DNA of 64,000 bases from Candidatus Omnitrophota bacterium (GTDB taxonomy: Bacteria > Omnitrophota > Gorgyraeia > Zapsychrales > Zapsychraceae): positions 5,860 through 69,859 of the forward strand of contig JADFXQ010000003.1 in assembly GCA_015233495.1 (NCBI GenBank), in the 5' to 3' direction. Position 1 is the first letter of the stretch; every line of letters starts with the position of its first letter. The notes under the pieces are model-generated. The model made no database searches and was not told the origin of the DNA. It saw only the letters and a list, made by a program, of their open reading frames with translations. The position numbers and the translations under genes were made by a program. Positions 47,222 through 58,860 of the stretch are shown piece by piece.

Positions 47222-48196
47222 TTAATTGTTTGCCGAATATAACCGATGCGCTAATCCCGCGATCATAGCAGCATTATCCATGCAAAACGGCAAAGCGGGA
47301 AAATAAATTTTGATACCTCGCTGCTGCGCTTCGCGGGTGAGCGCCGCGCGCAACGCGCTGTTCGCCGCGACCCCGCCCCCCACGATAATGGTTTGAAATC
47401 CTGTCTGGCCGCAAGCCAAGATCGTTTTTTCAACTAAGGACCGCACAACGCAATCCTGAAACGCCGCGGCCACCGATCCGACTGAAAAACCGGCGTCGCG
47501 CTCTTTTTGACGTTTATAATAAAGCACCGCGGTTTTCACGCCGCTGAAACTAAAATCTAAAGAACCCGGTAGTTTCGCCGCGGTAAAGGTTATTCCCGGC
47601 TGGGGAAATTCCCGGGCTAAACGATCAATCACGGGACCGCCCGGATATCCCAAATTCAATAAACGCGCGACTTTATCAAAAGCCTCTCCTGCCGCATCGT
47701 CACGCGTCTGACCAATAATTCGGAATTTTTTAAAACGCTCCACCGCGAATAAGCTGGAATGACCTCCGGAAACAACCAGCCCCACCGCCGGCAAGCGCGG
47801 CATATCTTCCTTGCGGCCTTGCTCTTTAGCGATTAAAAAAGCGGCGTATAAATGCGCCTCAATATGATTCACCCTAATCAAGGGTTTGCCAAGAGCGAAA
47901 CTGAGCGCGTTCGCAAAGGAAATTCCCACTAAAAGCGAACCGATTAAACCCGGCTCCCGCGTCACGGCGATCGCGTCGATTTGGGACAAATTTAACCCCG
48001 CCGCGTCCAACGCCAGGGCAACAACCGCCTGGATCGATTCCAATTGCCGCCGGGAAGCGATTTCCGGGATAATCCCGCCGTATTTTTCATGTTCCGCCAA
48101 ACTGGACGCGACAGTATGGGATAAAACTTCCACCCCATTCTCGACAACCGCGGCCGCGGTCTCATCACACGACGTCTCAATCCCCAATATCCGCAT
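47222..48196 (-). CDS. tsaD: tRNA N6-adenosine threonylcarbamoyltransferase
   Basis: MRILGIETSCDETAAAVV N-terminus, Kae1/YgjD family HxxH metal site. Confidence 0.9.
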   Translation of the reverse strand: MRILGIETSCDETAAAVVENGVEVLSHTVASSLAEHEKYGGIIPEIASRRQLESIQAVVALALDAAGLNLSQIDAIAVTREPGLIGSLLVGISFANALSFALGKPLIRVNHIEAHLYAAFLIAKEQGRKEDMPRLPAVGLVVSGGHSSLFAVERFKKFRIIGQTRDDAAGEAFDKVARLLNLGYPGGPVIDRLAREFPQPGITFTAAKLPGSLDFSFSGVKTAVLYYKRQKERDAGFSVGSVAAAFQDCVVRSLVEKTILACGQTGFQTIIVGGGVAANSALRAALTREAQQRGIKIYFPALPFCMDNAAMIAGLAHRLYSANN

Positions 48197-48221
48197 AACC
48201 GTCTGAGCCTTTTTGGTTCTT

Positions 48222-49556
48222 TTACTTCCCCATCTTCTCGTAAACCCGTACCCCTTTGAGAACGTTCATTCCGGCGATCACTTGATTGTCGGAAAGCAGG
48301 GCCTCGCGCGCTTCTTTATCTTGTTTCGCTTTATCGGTTTTTTGAGTTGCCTGAGGATTTTTTTCCGCTTCTAATTTTTTGACATCGTCGAAAACCTTCT
48401 CGATCTTTTTCTTTTTATCGACCCGCTCTTTGCCTTTGAGGTCAGCGTCATCCTCATCCTCTTTCGCCGCGTATTTCACTTCCACGTCCGGTTTGATCCC
48501 GATTTCATGAATCGAAATCCCCGAAGGCGTGTAATATTTGCTCGTAGTCAAACGCAGTCCCGAACCATCCGGCATTGGAATCACCGATTGCACGGATCCC
48601 TTACCGAAAGATTTTTCACCTACGAGAATCGCCCTTTTGTTGTCTTTTACCGCCCCGGCGAAAATCTCGCTGCCCGACGCGCTGCCCTCATTGATCAACA
48701 CCACCATCGGCCAGGCGATCAGGTGATCGTCATTGTTGGAATAGGTGATCGAATTCTGCGAAGTCCGGCGTCCTTTAGTCGAGACAATGATCTGGCCTTT
48801 CGGCAAAAAATCCTCCGTGATCTCAATAGCGATATTCAATAAACCGCCGGGATTATTGCGCAAATCCACGATCAAACTGTCCGCGCCCAAGGCTTTGAGC
48901 TGCTCCAAGCCTTCGCGGAAGGCTTTCGCGGAACCTTCGCGGAATTCGGTCAGCCGGATATAACCAATTTTATCTTCGAGAATTTGGACGTTTTTCACAT
49001 CCTGGTATTCAATGATCCCGCGGGTGATCTTCAATTCGAAAATACGGTATTCACTTTCGCGCAATATCGTCAAATGAACATCCGTGCCGGGAGTGCCGCG
49101 CAACTTTTTCACTGCGTCGCTCAAAGAGAGATCGCGGGTGAGTTCTTTTTCAATTTTAACGATACGATCCCCGGCTTTAACCCCCGCTTTCCAGGCCGGC
49201 GAATCTTCAATCGGAGATACCACTGTCAATAACCCATCCCGCACGGAAATTTCAATTCCCAAGCCGCCGAATTTCCCTTCGGTTTCGGTCTTCAATTCCG
49301 TGTATTCTTCGGGCGGCAAAAATTGGCTGTGCGGATCCAAACCCGCCAGCATCCCTTTCAGCGCGTTGTAGATCAGATCTTTAGCCGGAATTTTATCAAC
49401 ATATTCCGTCTGCACCGTAGTCAACGCGTAACTGAACAATTCAATCTTGGAATAGAGATCGTCCTTAGTCTGCTTGTCCATTTGCGAGACCGCCAACCGA
49501 GTGACGGAAAGCAAAATTGCGGCCCCAACCAGAATCTTTAACCATGGTTTCTTCAT
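48222..49556 (-). CDS. ctpA: Carboxy-terminal processing protease (S41 family) with PDZ domain
   Basis: Signal peptide/TM, PDZ region (GDRIVKIEKE) and S41 catalytic region (GSASGSEIFAGAVKDNKRAILVGEKSFGKGSVQ). Confidence 0.85.
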   Translation of the reverse strand: MKKPWLKILVGAAILLSVTRLAVSQMDKQTKDDLYSKIELFSYALTTVQTEYVDKIPAKDLIYNALKGMLAGLDPHSQFLPPEEYTELKTETEGKFGGLGIEISVRDGLLTVVSPIEDSPAWKAGVKAGDRIVKIEKELTRDLSLSDAVKKLRGTPGTDVHLTILRESEYRIFELKITRGIIEYQDVKNVQILEDKIGYIRLTEFREGSAKAFREGLEQLKALGADSLIVDLRNNPGGLLNIAIEITEDFLPKGQIIVSTKGRRTSQNSITYSNNDDHLIAWPMVVLINEGSASGSEIFAGAVKDNKRAILVGEKSFGKGSVQSVIPMPDGSGLRLTTSKYYTPSGISIHEIGIKPDVEVKYAAKEDEDDADLKGKERVDKKKKIEKVFDDVKKLEAEKNPQATQKTDKAKQDKEAREALLSDNQVIAGMNVLKGVRVYEKMGK

Positions 49557-49571
49557 TGTTTTCTCCTTGAG

Positions 49572-51026
49572 TTAAAACGGTTTCCCGTCTGCGCCCGCTT
49601 GCAAATTTTTCTCAATCAACTCCTTGATCTTCTTCGGATTTGCTTTCCCGCCGCTTTTTTGCATGGCTTGACCGACGAGAAAACCTATCGCTGACAATTT
49701 ACCTTCGCGGATTTGCGCCACCGTGGCCGGGTTATCCGCGAGCGCCTGCTGCGCGATTTTTAAAAGTTCCTCGTCATTTGAGACCTGCCCCCAACCCTGC
49801 TCGGCGATAATCGCGGAGCAATTTTTCCCCGAATCCAGCATAATTTTTAAAACGTCTTTCGCTTTCAATTGACTGACCGCGCCTTCCTCGATTTTGCGGA
49901 TCAGGTCGACTAAATCTTCCGGTTGCAGAGTGCTCGCGGCCACCGTTATTTTTCGCTCATTCATTTCCTTCAACACGTCCCCGTTCAGCCAATTGCAAAT
50001 TTTTTTCGCCTCGGGATAAAGCGCGGCGCATTGTTCAAAAAATCCCGCCGTCAATCGATCTTGCGCTAAGACGCCCGCGTCATAAACCGAGATGCCATAA
50101 GTTTGCGTGAATCGTTCCATTTTCGCTTGCGGCAATTCGGGAAGGGTTTGCCGCATCTCTTCCACTACTTCTTCCGGGACCGTCACGAGAGGCAAATCCG
50201 GTTCGGGAAAATAACGATAATCATGCGCCTCTTCTTTACTGCGCATCGAAAAAGTCATCGCTTTATTTTCATCCCACAACCGGGTCTCCTGTACCACCCT
50301 CTGCCCGCCGAGAATGACGGCGCGCTGTCGATTGACTTCATAATCGATGGCCGCTTTCACCGCCTTAAACGAATTCATATTCTTTAGCTCGGTTTTTGTC
50401 CCGAGTTTTGCGTCGCCTGGAGCGCGAATCGAAACATTCGCGTCGCAGCGCAAACTCCCTTTTTCCATATCGCAGTCGGAAACATCCAGATACGATAAAG
50501 TTAATTTCAAAATCCGCAAATATTCATAAGCCTCTTGCGAAGAACGCAAATCCGGTTCGGTGACAATTTCCAATAAAGGCGTGCCGGCGCGGTTATAATC
50601 CGCCAAGGAACAATTCCGGGCATCGTCGTGGATCAATTTGCCCGCGTCCTCTTCCAAATGCGCCCGGTTGATCCGGATCTTTTTCGCCGCGCCGCCATCC
50701 CCGGGAATGATCAACTCGCCTTGCCGGCAAACCGGTTGATCGAATTGCGAAATTTGATACGCCTTGGTCAAATCCGGATAAAAATAATTTTTCCGGTCAA
50801 ATTTAAACTGCGGATTGATTTCGCAGTTCAACGCCAGACCAGTTTTCAGCGCATATTCCAACGCTTTTGCATTGAACACCGGCAAGGAACCAGGAAGCCC
50901 CAGACAGACGGGACAGGTCCGGGTGTTCGGGCTTTCGCCAAATTGATTCGCGCAGCCGCAAAAAATTTTGGTGTTGGTCCGCAACTGCAAATGGACTTCT
51001 AAACCGATAACCGTTTCAAATATCAT
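49572..51026 (-). CDS. gatB: Asp-tRNA(Asn)/Glu-tRNA(Gln) amidotransferase subunit B
   Basis: MIFETVIGLEVHLQLRTNTKIFCGCANQFG N-terminus. 484 aa with C-terminal YqeY-like domain. Confidence 0.95.
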   Translation of the reverse strand: MIFETVIGLEVHLQLRTNTKIFCGCANQFGESPNTRTCPVCLGLPGSLPVFNAKALEYALKTGLALNCEINPQFKFDRKNYFYPDLTKAYQISQFDQPVCRQGELIIPGDGGAAKKIRINRAHLEEDAGKLIHDDARNCSLADYNRAGTPLLEIVTEPDLRSSQEAYEYLRILKLTLSYLDVSDCDMEKGSLRCDANVSIRAPGDAKLGTKTELKNMNSFKAVKAAIDYEVNRQRAVILGGQRVVQETRLWDENKAMTFSMRSKEEAHDYRYFPEPDLPLVTVPEEVVEEMRQTLPELPQAKMERFTQTYGISVYDAGVLAQDRLTAGFFEQCAALYPEAKKICNWLNGDVLKEMNERKITVAASTLQPEDLVDLIRKIEEGAVSQLKAKDVLKIMLDSGKNCSAIIAEQGWGQVSNDEELLKIAQQALADNPATVAQIREGKLSAIGFLVGQAMQKSGGKANPKKIKELIEKNLQAGADGKPF

Positions 51027-51083
51027 CTGGTATTCCTTTAAACCAAAACCCTGCGCCGCCGACAGCCTCTTCGGGCTGCCTCC

Positions 51084-52516
<1,433 letters not shown>

Positions 52517-52520
<4 letters not shown>

Positions 52521-52810
52521 TCGATCACCTTCGGCACTTTAAAAGCTCCTTGGGATTTTTCCACCGCGATACTCAAGGCTTCTTCTTGCGTTAAGGAAGG
52601 CCGCGCATCGTCTGGCCTCAGGACATTCTTAAGCGGTAAAACATGATTAGTCGGTTCCACCGCGCTAACGTCTAATTGATTGAGCTTTTCAATATAACGC
52701 AGAATATCTTCCAAATTTTTCCGCAGCCGGTCGACTTCTTCCTCGCGCAAATGAATCCGCGATAAGGCTGCCACATAACGCACATCTTGGTCAGTAATCA
52801 TAAGACGCAA
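52517..52810 (-). CDS. gatC: Glu-tRNA(Gln) amidotransferase subunit C
   Basis: 97 aa. [28 protein letters not shown] typical GatC. 4-nt overlap with gatA. Confidence 0.85.
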
Positions 52811-52870
52811 TTCTGTATAAATAAACGATTAAGAATTTTATGCGAAATAATGAGGATAATCCTAACATTA

Positions 52871-53284
52871 TTACGGAGGATTGACAAGGGCTTGTGTATT
52901 TTGTTCCCCCAAACCTTTGCGAAAATAATCCGGCAGCTGGGTAGGTTTAAATTCCGGGGTGAGACAAACTAAAGCGATTTGCGCTTCCACCAAAATCTGG
53001 CCGGTTTCTTTATTGCGGACGGTCTGATCAAAGATCAATTGCGCGGCGGTCATTTTGGTTAAAACCGCGTCGCAGGTTATGCTGTCCCCATAGCGGGCCG
53101 GAGCTTTATACTTGACCAAACATTGCCGCACCGCGTATAAAAAATTGCGTTCTTTCAATTGCCGGTCGAGCAATCCGTGTTGCTGCAAATATTCGGTGCG
53201 CGCCTCTTCCATGTATTTCAAATAATTGGCGTAATATACAACCCCGCCCGAATCCGTATCATGATAATAAATGCGGCGTTCCAT
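52871..53284 (-). CDS. Acyl-CoA thioesterase (YbgC/4HBT hot-dog fold)
   Basis: YYHDTDSGGVVYYANYLKYMEEART motif of 4HBT-family thioesterases. 137 aa. Confidence 0.8.
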   Translation of the reverse strand: MERRIYYHDTDSGGVVYYANYLKYMEEARTEYLQQHGLLDRQLKERNFLYAVRQCLVKYKAPARYGDSITCDAVLTKMTAAQLIFDQTVRNKETGQILVEAQIALVCLTPEFKPTQLPDYFRKGLGEQNTQALVNPP

Positions 53285-53982
53285 TATTTAAATACCGCGT
53301 CCGGTGTCGGGGTTGGTTCGGCGGCGGGTTTGGCAGCGCTGTCCGTTGCCGGCGGCGCCGGGGATTTTTCCGCTTTTTTATCCGCGGGTTTAGCCGTTTC
53401 TTTGACCGGTTTAGACTGTAAACTGGTATCCGCGGTTACTGAATCGCTGTCCAGAAGCTTATCCAATTTATCCGCTTTCCAAGCCGAAACCACAAAATAA
53501 TTTTCAAACGTCAAACGCAATTCTCCCCAATAATACACGGAAATTTCCCCATCATCACTCGCGGGGAAAGCCTCCGTGGGGTTCTTGTAATCTTTAATGA
53601 TATCGTCAATCAGGCTCAGCCATTCTCCCGTGACTTGCTGGCTTTCCAAATCTTTGCGCAGTTTATTGATATCTTTGCTGTATCCCGGCTGATGGGAAAA
53701 GTCATACTGCCAGGAACGAAAATACCGCTGTTTCGAAAATTCAATCCGAAAATCGCCGTAATTATAGGTAATTTTCTTTTCCTGTTCCAAAACATCCGCC
53801 GCATCGCCATAGTACGAACTGATTTGTTTCAAACGGGTTTCCCCGACTTTAATTTTACCGTCTAATAAATCCTTTTTCAGAAAATTAATCTCTTCTTTTG
53901 ACGCTAACCGCCCTTTCGCGGCCCACCCCGAAACCGCGCCCGTCAACGTTAAAAGCAGAACCAAACATAATGTTCGTCTCAT
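53284..53982 (-). CDS. Hypothetical secreted protein with Pro/Ala/Lys-rich C-terminal tail
   Basis: Signal peptide MRRTLCLVLLLTLTGAVSGWA. No recognisable catalytic motif. Low-complexity tail KPADKKAEKSPAPPATDSAAKPAAEPTPTPD. Confidence 0.5.
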   Translation of the reverse strand: MRRTLCLVLLLTLTGAVSGWAAKGRLASKEEINFLKKDLLDGKIKVGETRLKQISSYYGDAADVLEQEKKITYNYGDFRIEFSKQRYFRSWQYDFSHQPGYSKDINKLRKDLESQQVTGEWLSLIDDIIKDYKNPTEAFPASDDGEISVYYWGELRLTFENYFVVSAWKADKLDKLLDSDSVTADTSLQSKPVKETAKPADKKAEKSPAPPATDSAAKPAAEPTPTPDAVFK

Positions 53983-54068
53983 GGGTCACCTTCTCCGTTT
54001 GAATTTTATAAATTTAATAACTTGATTATAACACAGAGTCGTAAAACAAAAATTTGAAAAACATATTT

Positions 54069-55790
54069 TTATAGTTCCAACGCGGCGCGCGCCGGACCTA
54101 TCCATTCTTCCATCCGCTTTTGCGAAAAATCAAATTCCAAGCCGGCGGTCTTAAACAATTCCGGCAAAGGCTTTGCTCCGCCTAGACGCAAGGCCCTCTG
54201 ATAATCTGCTACTGCCCGCCGGTGATCTTTTTGGTAATTCTCCCACACTTGCAGAGCGCCCAATTGGGCAATGCCGTATTCGATATAATAAAACGGCACT
54301 TCAAAAATATGCAATTGTTTGTGCCATAAAGCGGATTTTGCCGGCTTAAGACCCGTCCAATCAACCAGCTCCCCGCCGAACCGGTCATAAATCTCCACCC
54401 AAATTTGATCCCGCTCTGCGTGAGAATGTCCGGGATGACTATAAATCCAATGCTGGAAAGCGTCAATAACCGCCACCCAGACTAAGGTGTAGACTACATC
54501 CTCCAGATGATCCGTCACCGAACGCCGCTTCTCGTCTGACGAATAAAATACCCCCAGAAATTCTCCGCCTAAAAGCTCCATCGCCATTGAAGCCACCTCA
54601 GAGAATTCCATCGGCGCCCGCCGATAAGACACCAACGGTTCTGCGACGCATGCCAAAGCGTGAAACGCGTGTCCGCCTTCATGCAAAAGCGTGCGCACAT
54701 CGGTGTCCACGCCGACCGAGTTCATAAAAATAAACGGCTGGCGCGCTTCTTGCAGCGTGCTTTGATATCCTCCGGGAGCTTTGCCTTTGCGGCTGAGCAA
54801 GTCTAACAATCCTTTTTCTGCCATCGCCGAAAACTGGCGGCCGAACAAAGGATCGATTTTCTGAAATATTTTTTCGCACCCCAAAATTAATTCTTCCGAA
54901 CTAGTAAAAGGTTTTAAAGCCGGCCGGCCGAGCGGATCCGCGCTCAAATCCCAGGGCCGCAATTGCGCGAGACCCATCTGTAGTTTCCGCCGCTGGAGAA
55001 TTTCTTTCCATAAGGGCAAAATGACGTTTGCCACCGCCGCGTGAAACTGCGCGCAATCCGCGGGCGAATAATCAAAACGGTGATAATGCCGAAATTGATA
55101 TTCAATAAAATCCCGGCAACCGGCGTTAGCCGCTGCTGTCTGTCGTAAAGCCAGCATCCGGTCGAATAAATCATCCAATCTCCGACGCTCGGCTAAACGG
55201 CGCTCGGTTAGCGCCCGCCAGGCTTTTTCCCGCAATAAACGGTCGGGTTCTAATAAATATTTGGAAACTTCTGGCAAGGTCTGTTCTCGGCCTTCGAACG
55301 GGACGGTCATGGCCGCGCTGATCGTCTGATATTCCTGGGTCAGCAAATCAATTTTAGTAAATAACGGAATATTTTTATCCCGGAACAAGGCCCGGTCTTC
55401 CCGGGTTCCCCTTAAATACACCGCATAGCGTTGTTCCTCCAAAGGAAATTTTTGCCACAATTCCAAAAAGCGCTGATCCAACTGGTCATTGATTTTATCG
55501 TGAACCGGCGCGACAGTTTCGATGAACTTTGTGTACGCCGCGGCTTTGGCCGGATCATCCGTCTGGCAGGTCATGGCAATATTCAAAAGGGATTCGGTCT
55601 GGTCTAAACCAGCCGCGTATTCCGAGCAATCCAAAATCCACTGTTCGAATTCGGAAGAGGAATCAACCCGACGATAAATCAGCAAGCGGCCATATTGTTC
55701 CACCACGATAGAACAACTTAAGTCTGCGTCCGGCGATAAAAATTGACGGGGCTGAAAAGCCGAAATATGGTTAAAAATTTTTGTCGTCAT
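54069..55790 (-). CDS. pepF: M3-family oligoendopeptidase (PepF-like)
   Basis: HEGGHAFH zinc motif (HExxH) with downstream Glu. 573 aa, as for oligoendopeptidase F. Confidence 0.8.
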   Translation of the reverse strand: MTTKIFNHISAFQPRQFLSPDADLSCSIVVEQYGRLLIYRRVDSSSEFEQWILDCSEYAAGLDQTESLLNIAMTCQTDDPAKAAAYTKFIETVAPVHDKINDQLDQRFLELWQKFPLEEQRYAVYLRGTREDRALFRDKNIPLFTKIDLLTQEYQTISAAMTVPFEGREQTLPEVSKYLLEPDRLLREKAWRALTERRLAERRRLDDLFDRMLALRQTAAANAGCRDFIEYQFRHYHRFDYSPADCAQFHAAVANVILPLWKEILQRRKLQMGLAQLRPWDLSADPLGRPALKPFTSSEELILGCEKIFQKIDPLFGRQFSAMAEKGLLDLLSRKGKAPGGYQSTLQEARQPFIFMNSVGVDTDVRTLLHEGGHAFHALACVAEPLVSYRRAPMEFSEVASMAMELLGGEFLGVFYSSDEKRRSVTDHLEDVVYTLVWVAVIDAFQHWIYSHPGHSHAERDQIWVEIYDRFGGELVDWTGLKPAKSALWHKQLHIFEVPFYYIEYGIAQLGALQVWENYQKDHRRAVADYQRALRLGGAKPLPELFKTAGLEFDFSQKRMEEWIGPARAALEL

Positions 55791-55796
55791 CTTTAC

Positions 55797-55825
55797 TTGA
55801 CAAAACTACAGAATACGAGTATATT
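55797..55825 (+). promoter_or_regulatory. Near-consensus sigma70-type promoter for rpmB (TTGACA-17 bp-TATATT)
   Basis: TTGACA at 55797-55802, 17-bp spacer, TATATT at 55820-55825, ~40 bp upstream of the rpmB ATG. Confidence 0.55.
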
Positions 55826-55865
55826 TTTGAATCAAATTTGAATTCCTTTTGAACTGGAGAAAATC

Positions 55866-56093
55866 ATGGCACAAATCTGCGAAATCTGCGGGAAGGGCGC
55901 GCTTCCCGGCAATAAATATAAAAGACGCGGTATGGTGAAAAGCAAAGGCGGCGCCGGTTCCAAGGTCGTCGGTAAAACTCTGCGCCGGTTCCTGCCTAAT
56001 TTGCAATCAGTGAAGATCACCCAAAAAGGCACTGTGCGCCGGACCAAAGTCTGCGCCAGCTGCATTCAGGCCGGCAAAATCACCAAAGCCTAA
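55866..56093 (+). CDS. rpmB: 50S ribosomal protein L28
   Basis: 75 aa, basic. N-terminal MAQICEICGKG..., central RRFLPNLQ motif and a second Cys pair (CASC) forming a zinc-ribbon variant of L28. Confidence 0.8.
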   Translation: MAQICEICGKGALPGNKYKRRGMVKSKGGAGSKVVGKTLRRFLPNLQSVKITQKGTVRRTKVCASCIQAGKITKA

Positions 56094-56117
56094 AAAGCTT
56101 CCGGATCATTTTTTAAA

Positions 56118-56153
56118 ATAGCCAAGCTTAATAAACTTGGCTATTTTATTTTA
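56118..56153 (+). terminator. Intrinsic terminator after rpmB (atagccaag-cttaataaa-cttggctat + TTTATTTTA)
   Basis: Perfect 9-bp stem followed by a T-rich tract. Also flanked upstream by TTTTTTAAAA, so it may act bidirectionally for the convergent recJ. Confidence 0.6.
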
Positions 56154-57833
56154 GGCAAAACGTATGTCTTTAATTACCAATTGCACCGACGGCGGCTTGT
56201 TCCAGTCGTCAATCGCCGCTTCGTAAGCCAAATCAAACTGCGGCTGCGCGGCCAACAATGACGCGTATTTTCCCATCCCGAAACCAACCGCGGACAACGA
56301 TACCTGTCCATCGGTAACCCAAAATTTTAAAGTGTCCTTCGCTAACACCCGCGGCGCGCCTTTTAAACGCAATTGCGTTGAACAAAATACCGGCGAAGGA
56401 TTTCCTTCGCCAAATGGTTCCATGGTCTCAACCATCTTGACTAAATCCATATTGATCCGCGATAATTCAACTTGGCCGTCAATGTCTAAGGTGGGCGTCA
56501 TTTTATTCCGGATTAATACATCCGCAGCCACCTGGTTGATCAGGTCCCGAAACGGGTCAATATTTTCGGCGCGTATGGTTAACCCGGCCGCGCCTTCATG
56601 CCCGCCAAACGCGTCTAAACACGCCGCGCAGGATTGTAACGCCTTCTGCAGATGAAATCCGTCAACTGACCGCCCGGAAGCTGTGCCTATGCCGTCTTTA
56701 AGCGAGATGACAATCGCCGGGCGATAATACTTTTCCGAAATTTTTGACGCGACAATGCCTAAAATTCCTTTATGCCATCCCTCTTTGCTTAAAACAATCA
56801 CTTTATCTTCTTGAAAACGACCGCTCTCTTCCACAATGGCAATCGCCTCCTGCACAATGGCGCGTTGCGTTTTTTGCCGTTCCTGATTATGCGCTTCCAA
56901 TTCTCGCGCCAAGGCGAATGCCGTGTCCGGTGTTTCGCTTAAAAACAAATCCAAAGAGGAATGGGCGGAATCCATGCGTCCGGCGGCGTTGATCCGCGGG
57001 CCTAACACAAAACCAATATGATACGGCGTTAGTTTTTTTGTGTTGAGCTTAGCCAGTTCCATCAGAGCGGCTAAGCCATAATTAGCAGTGCGCGCCATAC
57101 GGCCCAACCCGTGTTTAACAATGATCCGATTCTCGCCTTTTAAAGGGACCACATCCGCGACTGTGCCTAGCGTGGTCAAATCCATGATTTCCGCGTCGCG
57201 CTTCCCAGTTAATGCTTCCGCGACTTTCGCGGCTAAACCTACCGCGGCTAAATCGCGAAACGGATATCCGCTGTTAGAAATTTTAGGATCAATAATTGCG
57301 AAGGCATTGGGAAGCTGGCGGCTGTCCGGTTCATGGTGATCAATAATGATTACCTCCATTCCCAAACTGTTAAAATACTCCACTGCGGCAAAAGCCGTAA
57401 CCCCGCAATCCACCGCAATCATTAAAGTTATTTTATTTTCTCGGGCAAATTCACCGATCCCGCAGCTCAACCCATAGCCGTCGTCAACCCGATGCGGTAT
57501 ATGGTTGATAACCTCAAGCCCCATACCCGTTAAAACCTTGTACAAAACCGCACAAGACGTTACCCCGTCGACATCATAATCGCCAAAAATCAAAACCCGT
57601 TCGTTGGTTTGCCGGGCCTCATGGATCCGGGCCACGATCTTTTTCATATCTTTAAAAAGAAACGGGTCATGCAGGTCAATTAAATCCGGGAAGAGAAAAT
57701 CTCGGGCTTGTTCCGGGTCGTCCAGACCACGGTTCACGAGCAGGGCCGCCACTAAAGGCGCAATCCCCAAAACGCGGCTTAAATGATCAATGAGTGCCTG
57801 GGCAGGTTCAGCGACGCGCCAAAATTTTTCCAT
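56151..57833 (-). CDS. recJ: Single-stranded-DNA-specific exonuclease RecJ
   Basis: DHH motifs (LIFGDYDVDGVTS; IIIDHHE) and DHHA1 domain. 560 aa. Confidence 0.9.
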   Translation of the reverse strand: MEKFWRVAEPAQALIDHLSRVLGIAPLVAALLVNRGLDDPEQARDFLFPDLIDLHDPFLFKDMKKIVARIHEARQTNERVLIFGDYDVDGVTSCAVLYKVLTGMGLEVINHIPHRVDDGYGLSCGIGEFARENKITLMIAVDCGVTAFAAVEYFNSLGMEVIIIDHHEPDSRQLPNAFAIIDPKISNSGYPFRDLAAVGLAAKVAEALTGKRDAEIMDLTTLGTVADVVPLKGENRIIVKHGLGRMARTANYGLAALMELAKLNTKKLTPYHIGFVLGPRINAAGRMDSAHSSLDLFLSETPDTAFALARELEAHNQERQKTQRAIVQEAIAIVEESGRFQEDKVIVLSKEGWHKGILGIVASKISEKYYRPAIVISLKDGIGTASGRSVDGFHLQKALQSCAACLDAFGGHEGAAGLTIRAENIDPFRDLINQVAADVLIRNKMTPTLDIDGQVELSRINMDLVKMVETMEPFGEGNPSPVFCSTQLRLKGAPRVLAKDTLKFWVTDGQVSLSAVGFGMGKYASLLAAQPQFDLAYEAAIDDWNKPPSVQLVIKDIRFA

Positions 57834-58007
57834 AAAAAACCGCCAGCCAAAAAAGTCAATTTAACAGTCCCGCCCTAATGACCGCACCCAAGATTATTTA
57901 TTTAATGTGTCCTGACAATACATGATATTTTCATTTACATTCGTTTCAGAAATTAATAAGTTATTTTCTTTCTTATCAAATACAGCGCGCAAACTCGTTG
58001 CTCCGCC

Positions 58008-58847
58008 TTACTTCTGCGCTTGCAGCCTGCCCTGGATAATTTCAAGGATCGCCGGATTTTTACTACTCTTGGCAAGCTCTAGAATTGAAGCCGCCTCTTC
58101 CTTGTAGGCATGAAAGTCAGACGCTCTGAAATCCATAGGATTACCGGAAGGCGCAGAAACATAAGCGTCTCGATACACCACTTCGGCCTTCACATCAGCA
58201 CCTTTTTCAACAAGATAGCGGACCATATCAACGTTTTTTATCGTAATGGCATAGGAAAGAGCAGAATGACCCTCCGCGCTCACCGCATCACCGCCAGTAA
58301 GCGTAGAACTTGAACTGCCCGAACCAGAATTGTAGGTGAACGTCATTGACTTTTTGGCCGTGCGCCTGGCATTAACGTCAGCGCCTGCCTCAACCAAGGC
58401 CCGTACGACTTCCAAATGACCGTTCTCAGCTGCGGCCAGCAACGCCGTTCGATCCCCTTCACTGCTCACCTTTCCATTCACCTTCGCGCCTTTTTCAAGC
58501 AAGATGCGAACAACATCCACATACCCATTAAGAGCCGCAACATCCAACAGGGCCTGCCAAGAACTATCATTAACATTCACACCTGCGCCTTTATCAAACA
58601 GGGTACGCACAACATCGGCATTGCCTTTAATAACAGCTATCGTCAGCGCAGTCTGGCCATAACTATTCTTCGCGTTCACATCCGCGCCCTTATCGATCAA
58701 CGCAATTACCTTGTTAGGTTCGCGCTGTTCACTAGCCCTCATAAGCGCTGTCATGCCTGTCGGCCCCGAGGTGGCGCACCCGCAACAAGCCATTGTCAAT
58801 ACCAAAATACCCATCATTTCTTTTTTGTAACTCATTTCATCCTCCAT
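58008..58847 (-). CDS. Ankyrin-repeat protein with N-terminal signal/lipoprotein-like leader
   Basis: At least five 33-aa ankyrin repeats (G-TALM-A/GADVNAKN-YGQTALTIAV-KGN-DVV--L---GA-VN). Hydrophobic leader MMGILVLTMACCGC. Start may be at an internal Met (58835 or 58814). Confidence 0.7.
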   Translation of the reverse strand: MEDEMSYKKEMMGILVLTMACCGCATSGPTGMTALMRASEQREPNKVIALIDKGADVNAKNSYGQTALTIAVIKGNADVVRTLFDKGAGVNVNDSSWQALLDVAALNGYVDVVRILLEKGAKVNGKVSSEGDRTALLAAAENGHLEVVRALVEAGADVNARRTAKKSMTFTYNSGSGSSSSTLTGGDAVSAEGHSALSYAITIKNVDMVRYLVEKGADVKAEVVYRDAYVSAPSGNPMDFRASDFHAYKEEAASILELAKSSKNPAILEIIQGRLQAQK

Positions 58848-58860
58848 CTGTTAACCGGCA